Assembly: GCF_036971445.1 (NCBI RefSeq)
Contig: NC_091478.1
Span: 21,824,001 to 21,888,000, forward strand
Source: Narcine bancroftii
Lineage: Eukaryota
Direction: 5' to 3'
Length of the DNA: 64,000 nt
Part shown: positions 11,904 through 21,410 of the stretch, piece after piece
How the letters are laid out: each line of letters begins with the position of its first letter
Numbering within the stretch: the stretch's first letter is position 1
The notes under the pieces: generated by a model
What the model was told of the DNA's origin: nothing
Databases searched by the model: none
The model's input: only the letters and a program-made list of their open reading frames with translations
Program-made: the position numbers and the translations under genes

Positions 11904-13076
11904 GCCTTTCAGGTTCCTCTATCCATTCAAGCAATTTAGTCGATATTCTTGAGCCAAAGTCTGACCCTCCCCAAGGTGGGGGAGGGTTCGTTGTTATCTT
12001 ATTCATCTTGGACTGTTGGCTGTAGGTGAGGATTGGAGATGCTTTTCTGTTCCTTTTCAGTCTGGGGCTCTGTTTCTTCTCCCTGGCAATTTAGGCTTGT
12101 TTGGAGAGACAATGGCTTGGGACAGGCATCCTTGCCCTCCTCTGTAAAACATTAGTGTCTTTGGAATGGGGTGAAGAAAAATGCCTGTTCTGTTTCTAAA
12201 GAGGAGTTAAAATTGAGGCACTCATCACACTATGCTTTTTCAGCTTATTTGAAGTGAGGTCAATTAAATTGTTTGCTATCTCCTATTATCAAAAAGATGG
12301 GCTCCCCCAGGAAATATTGATGATGATTTCTCTTGTAATGTTTCAGAGTTCATTAGTTTTGGGAAGAGCTCTCAATGATCTTGACTTTAAAGAGAGTTGA
12401 AATTGCATAGGGATCATGAATAGTAACATTATAATTAGATGTCATTGTGTAATGAAATCTTAGGGCATAAAAGATTTAATTTGACAGGCAGAAGCAAAGA
12501 TATCAGTTCTTAAAATGGAAGAATTAAACAGAGGTTCTCATAAATGTGCCATTAAACCATTTGCTCAAATCACTTTACAATTGAAGAATATTTTCCAAAG
12601 AGTGAATTCACTGGGATAAATAAAGGAATGACAGTATATATCAATTTCCAGTTGGACCTCTGAGGTGATATGATCACCGGGAGTCTACTCCCTGAGTCAC
12701 CTTCAGAACAATTATTCTGAATATACTGTCCCTCCACCAAAAGCTTCAATCTCCTGTTACATCGTACATTCACATGACACTGATTTCTGCTGTCTGGGAA
12801 TGTATAATGCTGCAGATGCTCCCATCACCAGAGTGAATGGCCCAGTATTCTCAATTTCAAAAAGTAATTCTTCCTCTGGTGGCATATTGTTATTGTTGAT
12901 CTAATGGACTAATGGTCAGTAGCGATAACATCAGTGAAGTGATTGTGAGTTGAGATTATGTTGAGAGTTTATTGCCATTACAATGTGCAGATGCACCAAA
13001 ATTCTTACTTGCTGCAGCCACATTGAGAAGTATCCCCAATCCCATTCGCAGCTTATGCTACACTTACCCAGTCGAA

Positions 13077-14008
13077 AGCCCCTTTCACACTTGCATCCCA
13101 CTAAATTGGCTTTTCACACTTGACCACTCCTAACTGGGACAGTGAACGCTTTCACACTTGCAAGGAGCCATCCCCAGGGTTAGGACTGTTTCACCTTCTG
13201 CTGGTAACGTCATAACGCATCGAGCAATGGTGGACCTGTCCTAAATCTTGATCAATGTATTATGATCTTATATTTGAACAAAATGAATCATAGCTAATTA
13301 TAACATGATTAAACATTATGTACAGCACAGTATGAGCTCTTCACCCCCTGTTGCTGTTGTGCGGACCTATATAAACCTTTATAAAGGAACGTGGGAAGTG
13401 CTATCAATAAATAGCAACAGCGGACAATTAGTGTTCAGTTTATATAGCGTGGGAAAGTTGATAGCACTATCGTGCACAATTTATAAATATCATGGGGGAA
13501 AAGCAATGGTGGACCTACACTCCCAGAATTCCATGCGGCAGAGTAAGGGCTGTATGACCAGCTGCAGCAACGAAGCATTTATGGAGGGGTTTCTCTGCCA
13601 CATGGCATTCTGGGAAGTGAAGTCCACCATTGCTTTTTCTCATTTTTTTTATAAATTGTGCGCTTTAGCACTACCAACTTTCCCATGCAGTTTAAAAATT
13701 GCTCGCTAATGCTATTTCCTCTCTCTCTCCCGCTGCAACTTTCCCACAGCAAAGTTTATACATTCATTTTAATCTTTTCTTTCTTCATGTTTTTGAACTC
13801 TCGCAAAAACTTGGGTAATTTCAATCCCACAATGCAATTACCTGTTTCACACTTGCTTGATTGCAACTCCAGCGTCTGCAGATACCGGGAATTGTACGAG
13901 ATGATGTCATCTGACGCCGACATTGAGCTGATTATGCTTTCACACTTGGCACTTTAAAGACCGATTGGCGGTTAATTCCTGGGATCACTTGCAAGTGTGA
14001 AAGTGGCT
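13077..14008. mobile_element. PIF/Harbinger-type MITE with internal palindrome
   Basis: TIR AGCC(C/A)CTTTCACACTTGCA at both ends, flanks GAA/TAA, and repeated subterminal TTCACACTTG motifs. Confidence 0.7.
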
Positions 14009-14074
14009 TAAGATTAATAAGATTCTATGCTCAAAACAGAACACAACCCCTGCCTTCCCGGGAAAAGATTAGAC

Positions 14075-14277
14075 CAGCCATTCACAACCATTATCAGCGA
14101 TGGCCACTCCCCCTCCCCCAGGACTCTGTGAAACAGTCACATTTTTGTTTCTTCCATACTTCTCTCCTACCGACTCCACAAAGAACATTAAAAATATTTT
14201 ACGGGAGATGAAAAAAAAAACAAAGCTTTTATTTAAATGTGCCATGGGAGTGCATCGGGCCCTGTTGAGAATGGCTG
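14075..14277. mobile_element. hAT-type MITE (CAGCCATTCTCAAC TIR family)
   Basis: TIRs CAGCCATTC...GAATGGCTG and 8-bp TSD GATTAGAC/GGTTAGAC. Confidence 0.8.
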
Positions 14278-14489
14278 GGTTAGACTATGATCTGTATAAA
14301 AGAAATCTCTCTTTCTCACTGTTTGCATTCCACCTTTTGATAAATGTTAATATTCTACCTTTGATCAAGTACAAACTTTAAACAAATTGGCAGGTTCTAG
14401 AATCACCCCTTTATTGGATCCAAACCGATTGAGATTATAGTAAAAGCACATTGCTGGAGAAACTCAGCAGGTCACACAGTGTCCTTTAG

Positions 14490-14780
14490 AAAGAAACAAA
14501 TAAATGTAAACAAACTGACTGTGCAATACAGAAATAGAAAAACATTCAATGAAGTGCAAAAGTACGTGTCCTTAAATGAGTCCCTGATTGAGTTTGTTGT
14601 TGAGGAGTCTGATGGTGGAAGGGGAACAGCTGTTCCTGAACCTGGTGGCGTGAGACTTGTGGCATCTATACCTCTTTACTGATGGTAGCAACAAGAACAG
14701 AGCATGTGTTGGGTGATGTGGATCCTTGAAGATTGCTTCTGCTATCTGACGGCAGCCTTCCCTGAAGATGTTTTTGATGA
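14490..14780 (-). mobile_element. Rex1/Babar-type 3' fragment
   Basis: KDPHHPTHALFLLLPS.KRYR..TRFRNSCSPSTIRLLN. Confidence 0.75.
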
Positions 14781-15589
14781 GCAAGAGGATTCTGTAGAAA
14801 TTTGTAATGTCATACCTAGCACAAGAGATGACTACAATTGTTGAAGGTAAATCATCTGAGAGAAAGGAGATCCAAAGTACAGGATTCCTTGCCCAGCTTT
14901 TAATGCCTCTTCTATCAAGTCAGAAGAGAAAATGCCTCTTGACTATTGCAGTGTATACCTGCATCAGTACTTCTTCAGACAATAAACCAATGTATGCTGT
15001 CATGCCACAAGGTATGGAGATTTGAGAAGAGCACAAGTGGCATTTGCTTCATGCAAGAGCCACTTAATCCTCACTGCCAACAAGAAAAGCTACCAGTTTC
15101 TCCTCCCATTAACAGTACCACCATCAACATACACCTGTAGAAAGGCGTTCAGGCGAATGGAGCAATTTTTTTTGAAATCCAAGCATAGGAGCCCTACATA
15201 AATTTACCAGTGAACTCACCAGGAACCAACATCAGGCTGTTGCTGGCTCAGCCATTGGGTTTTTTTTTCCAAATGGATAACATTGATTGTAATGCATGCC
15301 CCTCCTTAGTCATCACAAGAAATCCAGCAGGTTGGGAATATTACATAAGAACAATATTCGAAAAAAAAATCCGAGGCGATGATTCAGTGACTTCGTTTGC
15401 CCTCCTGCAATGCATTCGTTGTCAAGGCAATATTCCTGACCTTGAAATTCCAAGCCGAGTTTACAGGAGCCTTTGAACAAGACGTCTGTTTGGAAAACGA
15501 AAGTTGTGGATTGTAATTTAAAAGATGCATTTCCGAAAGTTTGGGCAGAATGCACATTTCCGGATAGAGCAATCAAATCCAGAGGTCAA

Positions 15590-16000
15590 CACGCCCTCCA
15601 CCGCTCCTGGCGTGGCGGGTGGGCCGAGGTTGCCTACTGCAGAGCACCCAGATGCTGGGAAGGAGGGGTTGGAAGGGGGGGGGGGCCTTGTGACTTACCT
15701 TTGCCTTTCTATTGAAGCCCCCGGGTACCGCGCTGCAGAACCTCCACCTTCACCTCGTGGCCCTCGCTCCGACCGGACCCGATCGCCGGCCCACCGCCCG
15801 ACTGACAGGCGGCTCCAGCCACTGGCATGCGGCGGGCGGGGAAGCGCCAGCCAATGGGAGCGCCGGATTCGACGCACCCATTCTTTGCAGGGCGGATTGA
15901 CAGGCAAGTGCCAAGTCGTCTCCAAAGGTAACGAGGAGCTTGCGCGTTGATTGGTTGCTGGTTTGTTACACTGGAGGAGAGATCAAAGACGGCGAGAGTG
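15590..16000. promoter_or_regulatory. CpG-island promoter of SFXN3 (possibly bidirectional)
   Basis: GC/CpG-rich island in AT-rich surroundings; GC box GGCGGGCGGG at 15831-15840, CCAAT at 15851-15855, ATTGG at 15950-15954. Confidence 0.75.
15699..15830 (-). other. SFXN3: Probable non-coding exon 1 of SFXN3 (5' end approximate)
   Basis: Strong donor AG|GTAAGTCA at 15699/15698 inside a CpG-rich patch. The first coding exon has an acceptor upstream of its ATG, so an upstream exon is required. Confidence 0.7.
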
Positions 16001-16174
16001 CGTTACTGGACATTGATTGACAAAAGGGAATATTTGACATTTGCAAAGGTTTGGATGAATGCTCCCAAAGCACTTTGCAGTGTTTTTAAAGTGTTTCTAA
16101 AGTGCAGTGTTGTGAACATTGAATCATCTCACAAGCCTGACAAATTTTGGTTACGGATGTAGGGTGCATTAATG

Positions 16175-16925
16175 ATAAAACACAATGTTGGAGAAACTCA
16201 GATGGTCAAACTGTGTTCCTTATGGAGCAACGTTTCGGGCTTGAGCCCTTCATCAAGGCATGGACAAAATGTCAGCAGGTGTCCGGTCAAAATGGTTGGA
16301 GTGCGGCAAGGGGAGGAGCACAGTCCCAAAGGCAGCAGGTGGAGAAGGGAGGGAAGACACACCAGCAACCGGGCTCTGTGAATGGAGAGGGAAGGGAGTG
16401 GAGAGCTGAAGGAAAGAAGACAGAGGGAATAGGAAGGGAGGGAGAACAGAGAGAAGGTGGGCAGAAATCAGAGAAGTTGATGTCAATGCCATCTGGATGG
16501 AGAAAAATAAGTGTTGCTCTTCCAATTTACAGGTGGTCTTGCTGGGATAATAAATGAGGCCACATTGGAATCTTGAATAAATAAAAGGAAAAGCTGGAAG
16601 GACTCATCAGAGCAGTCAGTATTCATGGGGAGAAATGGACAGTACAGTTTCGAGTCAGTACCCTTCCTCAAAAGAAACGGAAGAGGAAACATCAAGCATA
16701 AAATAAGAGGTCGAGTGAATAGGATACTGTACAAATGAAGGTGGGAAAGGTGGAGAGACAGCTGGGAAAGGAGACCATGGGGAGAGGGGTGGGGAGGATT
16801 GAGAAAGATGTGATAACGGGAGTAGGCCAAAGGTAGATGGTAACAGTGGAACCAGAGTTAGCTGAAACTGGAAAATTTAATGTTCACATTGTTGGGTTTT
16901 CGTCTATCTTGCTGGAATGTGATAT
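16175..16925 (-). mobile_element. Two Penelope-like 3' fragments in tandem
   Basis: Reverse-complement similarity to 7650-7985 (TGCTGGAGGAACTCAGCAGG-type end, purine-rich tract, hammerhead-like motif). Confidence 0.65.
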
Positions 16926-17214
16926 ATGATTGAGGATATTGATGTAATTTTCTTTTTTTTTTTTTTTTTAAATTTTTTTTTATTTTTCACACCATAAATC
17001 ACATTAGCCATGATATACACTATTTCTTTTCACACATATACAGTTACTTTTTCTCCCCCCCCCCTTTCCTCCCAAACCACCCCCCCACCCCCCCCTCTCA
17101 TCCATTTTAGGTATACAATCTAGGTTGCATTAAGCCAGTCAGACAATGTTGTCATTCAACAAAATTACACCAGAAATTCTACTGAGTCCATTCTTTTCTT
17201 TCCTTCTCCTTCCA

Positions 17215-17427
17215 TCAACTTAGGTAATGTTTGTCCCCGGTAGGTTTTCGCTATTGTATTTAATGTAAGGCTCCTATACTTGTTCGAATATTTCAATATT
17301 ATTTCTTAACCAATATGTTATTTTTTCTAATGGAATACATTTATTCATTTAAATTTGGTAGTTTCTTCCTTTTAATTTGGTTATGTATACCATTAATATT
17401 TAAAGACATATAGTTCAGCGTAGCCCT
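17215..17427 (-). pseudogene. Fused N- and C-terminal stubs of L1 ORF2
   Basis: ATLNYMSLNINGIHNQIKRKKL (start of the APE endonuclease) joined at ~17350 to MNKCIPLEKITY...EQV*EPY (ORF2 C-terminus), out of frame. Confidence 0.85.
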
Positions 17428-18026
17428 TTTATATTTTGTTTATCTTCTCTTTCCGTTTTTCCATCATTACCTTTCCTCCTTTTCCATTTCTGTTTTCTTA
17501 TTTTCAACTCTTTATAAGACAACATTCCTACAACATCTAACATTTTCCTTATTCTCCTATTTCTATCTTATTTATCCCCAATCTCCCCTTCACCTCCTGA
17601 GTTGTCCTTTATCCCTTGTCGGACAACCACATCTCCCCTCTCCATTTGGATTTGCGAATCCACTCGCAAGCGTCAACTGATTTTGCAGTGACCGCTATTT
17701 CCCCCCACCCCGCCTCCCCCAGAAAAGATTTCACTTTTCATATGTCACAAAGGTCCCTCTTTTAATTCCCTCCTTATTCTCTCTATTCCATTACCTTCCC
17801 TTATTAATTCTTGTCTATACTATCTATATTTTCCTCTAAGTACAGATACATTCATGTATGCTCATTGTCTCTATTCACTCTTATACCTCTTTACCTGCAT
17901 ACATATCAATCGTGATCATTTTTACTCTCATTACCCGTCTTCATCCCTCAGTCTATTTTTGTCTTTACCCACATACATATCAGTCGTGATCATTTTAACT
18001 CTCATTACCCGTCTTCCTCCCTCAGT

Positions 18027-19250
18027 CTATTTTTGTAATTGTTCTGCAAATTTTCGTGCTTCTTCTGGATCCGAGAATAGTCTGTTTTGTTGTCCTGGAA
18101 TAAATATTTTCAATACCGCTGGATGCTTTAGTATAAATTTATACCCTTTCTTCCATAAAATCGCCTTTGCTGTATTGAACTCTTTTCTCTTCTTTAGGAG
18201 TTCAAAACTTATATCTGGATAAATGAAGATTTTTTGCCCTTTATACTCCAGTGGTTTGTTGCCCTCTCTTACTTTTTCCATTGTCTTCTCCAGTACCTTT
18301 TCTCTTGTAGTATATCTTAGGAATTTTACTACAATAGATCTTGGTTTTTGTTGTGGTTGTGGTTTAGAGGCCAATACTCTATGTGCCCTTTCTATTTCCA
18401 TTTCATGCTGTAGTTCTGGACATCCTAGGGTCTTAGGGATCCACTCTTTTATAAACTCCCTCATATTCTTGCCTTCTTCATCTTCCTTAAGGCCCACTAT
18501 CTTTATGTTATTTCTTCTGTTATGGTTTTCCATTGTATCTATTTTTTGGGCTAGTAGTTCTTGTGTCTCTTTAGTTTTTTTATTAGATTTCTCCAATTTC
18601 TTTTTTAAGTCTTCTACCTCCATTTCTGCTGCTACTGCCCGCTCTTCCATCTTGTCCATTTTTTTTCCCATTTCTGTTAAGGTCATCTCCATTTTAACTA
18701 TTTTCTCCTCTGTGTTGTTTATTCTTTTTCTTAAATCCTTAAATTCCTGTGTTTGCCATTCTTTAAATGACTCCATGTATCCTTTAATAAGAGCAAGTAT
18801 ATCCTTTACCTTGCCTATCTTTTCTTCTTCTATTTCACCATACTCTTCCTCTTCTTCTTCCTCTGGGTTGACCATCTGTTGTTTCTTTGTTGCCCTTTCC
18901 TCCTCTTCTTTCTTGTTTCTATTGTCTTCTGTGGTCTCTTCTTGCTGCAGGTGTTCTGCAGCTGTCGTTGCCGGCTGTGGAGATCGACTCCCCAGCTGGT
19001 CCCCCCTCCCGTCGGTGTGTTTTTTTTCATTCGCATCGCGCATGCGCGAAACTTCGCGCATGCGCGGTTGCTCACTTTTGCTCGGCTCTGCGAGCCATTT
19101 TTGTAGTCCATTATTTACCGACCTGAGGGAGCGGGTTTCTCTCTCCGCAGCGGGCCTCTTCGGACAGGTAAGGCCTTCACCTTTTTCCTCCTTTGTCTTC
19201 TCTTCCTCTCTTCTTACCGTTGCTTTCGACTTTTCTTTTTTTGTCGCCAT
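18027..19250 (-). CDS. LINE-1 ORF1p (407 aa; coiled coil + RRM + CTD)
   Basis: Uninterrupted ORF with a heptad-rich coiled coil followed by RRNNIKIVGLKE, IERAHR, PRSIVVKFLRY and IFIYPDIS motifs typical of L1 ORF1p. Confidence 0.92.
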   Translation of the reverse strand: MATKKEKSKATVRREEEKTKEEKGEGLTCPKRPAAERETRSLRSVNNGLQKWLAEPSKSEQPRMREVSRMRDANEKKHTDGRGDQLGSRSPQPATTAAEHLQQEETTEDNRNKKEEEERATKKQQMVNPEEEEEEEYGEIEEEKIGKVKDILALIKGYMESFKEWQTQEFKDLRKRINNTEEKIVKMEMTLTEMGKKMDKMEERAVAAEMEVEDLKKKLEKSNKKTKETQELLAQKIDTMENHNRRNNIKIVGLKEDEEGKNMREFIKEWIPKTLGCPELQHEMEIERAHRVLASKPQPQQKPRSIVVKFLRYTTREKVLEKTMEKVREGNKPLEYKGQKIFIYPDISFELLKKRKEFNTAKAILWKKGYKFILKHPAVLKIFIPGQQNRLFSDPEEARKFAEQLQK

Positions 19251-19635
19251 CTTCTTTCCACCTTTATACTCACTTTTCTGTAACTTTTATTTCTGTGCCT
19301 TTGTGTTTTCTCTTGTTTTTCCCGACTTTTCTGGAGAGGGCTGGAGTTCACCGTCCGGCCACTACTCCATCGCGTGACTCCTCCCTGATATTGATGTAAT
19401 TTTCCAGGTGACAGGAAGAGTGATGGTTGTTGATAATACAGTGATATTGATGTGTTAGTGAAATGAGCTGAGAAATGGCACATGGAGTTTGATCTTCATA
19501 AATAAATGGAGGACTTGATTACCTGAATTGCATTCTAAAGAGGCAAGGGCATTTGATATGAATAATAGGGCCAAGGCAAATATGGAGAAATACAGTGAAT
19601 TTGTGGATGTATTAAAAATCTTTGAAGATGGCAGC

Positions 19636-21140
19636 TGTTGTGTAAATCATGCCGCCCACATATATCTCTCTGTATTTCAGTAGCCATGTTAGTCTGATGG
19701 TAATAAAGAATGAGAAAAGCACCATGTCTCCGAGTCCTCATTATGTCAGTGCCTACACAACAGTGGTGACAAGGAATGAAACGAACCCTACGCGTGCTCC
19801 ATGCACCAACCGGGGGAAAGAAGCAAAAGGATAAAGGTAAAAGGTGACTACCTAACAAGCTCCACAAGTTCCCGCCAAAAAAATCAAAGCGAAAGCGCAC
19901 CAAGGTGGTGGAGGGAAAGTTTGGAGAATTCAACGAAGCAGATGGAAGTTGGGGTAATTACGTAGAACAGTTTAACCACTAGTGCATAGCTCATAATGAT
20001 TGAAGCCCCGGTGAACTGAAAACATGCCCTTTTCCTCAGTATAATGGGCAGCAAAACATTTGATCTCCTTAAAACTTTGCTGTCCCCGGAGGACCCACAG
20101 ACTGAGACATACACCAAGTTGCGCTCAGCACTGGGGAACCACTTAAACCCCAGACCACCAGTTATGGCAGAAAGGCAACAGTTCTACGAAAGGAGTGAAA
20201 TGCCAGGGGAGGCAGTAAGTGAATACCTGGCAGCGTTGCGTAAACTGTCCAAGCACTGTCACTTCGAGCAGTTTCTGACCCAAGCACAGATTGGGTTGGC
20301 AGATCACCAGGCAAAGCAGAAATTACTGGCAATGGACGACAAAGTAATTCTCAAAAATCGCTTATAGAACTGCCTGCACCTCTGAAATGGCAGACAAAAA
20401 TTTGGAAGTGGGCCAACAAGACCTTCTGGTCAGGAGGTATAACCATCACCCAGAAAACTGTTTCTTCAAAAATTCTAAATGCCACCATTCAACAAAAAAG
20501 GACATATCAAAGGAAAATGTCCAATTAAAGAAACAGTAAAAAGCAGGAGAACTCAAAATTGTGATGACCACCCAGCTGAGGTCAAATCTCTAATAGAGAG
20601 AGAGCATAGACAGTCATCAAAGAAATCCAAAAGGAGACAACATTAAGCAAAATCTTATACTTCACCCTTATTGGATGGCCAGAATCTGAGGTCATACCAG
20701 AAGACCTAAAAACTTACTTCACACGCTACCATGAACTATCAGTTGAAGAAGGTTGTTTACTTTGGGGTACCCATACAATTATCCTGGCCAAATGGCAAAA
20801 CACCATATTATCAGAGCTGCACCACAACCATCCAGGAATGGTACGAATGAAAGTGCTGGCCTGGATGCATGTTTGGTGGCCATCAATAGACAGAGACATT
20901 GAAATGACAGTGAGAGAATGAAAAATATATCAGTCAATACAGCCAAAATTGCCATAGGCCCAGGCTGAGGGCAATCCATGAAAATGGCCTTCCAGACCCT
21001 GGCATCGGATTCATGTAGACTTCGCGGGGCCATTCACGGGAGAGACTTTCCTTATAGCAGTAGACACACATTCCAAATGGCCAGTAGTTTCACATATGAA
21101 AAACACCAAAGCCAATTCTACAATTGAATATCTACAGATT
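19636..21140 (+). mobile_element. Degenerate, internally deleted Gypsy-type LTR retrotransposon (5' LTR, PBS, gag and integrase remnants)
   Basis: 127-bp LTR TGTTGTGT...ACACAACA (19636-19762) with AATAAA; PBS TGGTGACAAGG; gag-like ERQQFYER..PGEAVSEYLAALRKLSKHCHF; integrase-like HPGMVRMK...VWWPSIDRDIE and PWHRIHVDFAGPF...VDTHSKWP. Confidence 0.85.
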
Positions 21141-21410
21141 ACTTAAGTTGGTATGTGGGTGGAAAGAAAAAGTTTGAAAACCACCATTTTATTATGTGCA
21201 CGGTTTCAGAACTCCAAAGGAAATGGGCCAATGACAATTTTTCTCAAGCAAAATATTTCAGTAACAATTAGGTCTAGAGCAGTGGTTCTCAACCTTCCCT
21301 TCCCACTCACATACCACCTTAAGCAATCCCTAACTAATCACAGAGCACCAATGGCATAGGGAAAACTTAAAGTGGTATGTGAGTGGAAAGAAAAAGGTTG
21401 AAAACCACAG
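21140..21410. mobile_element. hAT/Charlie-like palindromic MITE fragment
   Basis: CAGTGGTTCTCAACC-type ends with TCTAGA flanks; homologous to 45439-45795. Confidence 0.7.

Larger units (their letters stand above)
16953..19386 (-). mobile_element. Full-length ORF1-only LINE-1 derivative (HAL1-like), 2.43 kb
   Basis: Perfect 18-bp TSD GATATTGATGTAATTTTC (16935-16952, 19387-19404), poly(A) tail at 16953-16969, G-rich 3' UTR tract, intact ORF1 and fused ORF2 stubs. Confidence 0.92.

Noticed and set aside
15525-15950. GC-rich ORFs over the SFXN3 promoter
   Set aside because: Open frames are expected by chance in a CpG island, and the peptides are Pro/Arg/Gly-rich with no homology.
18223-19377. 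384-aa plus-strand ORF
   Set aside because: Antisense shadow of the purine-rich L1 ORF1; Ser/Phe/Leu low-complexity with no recognisable domain.
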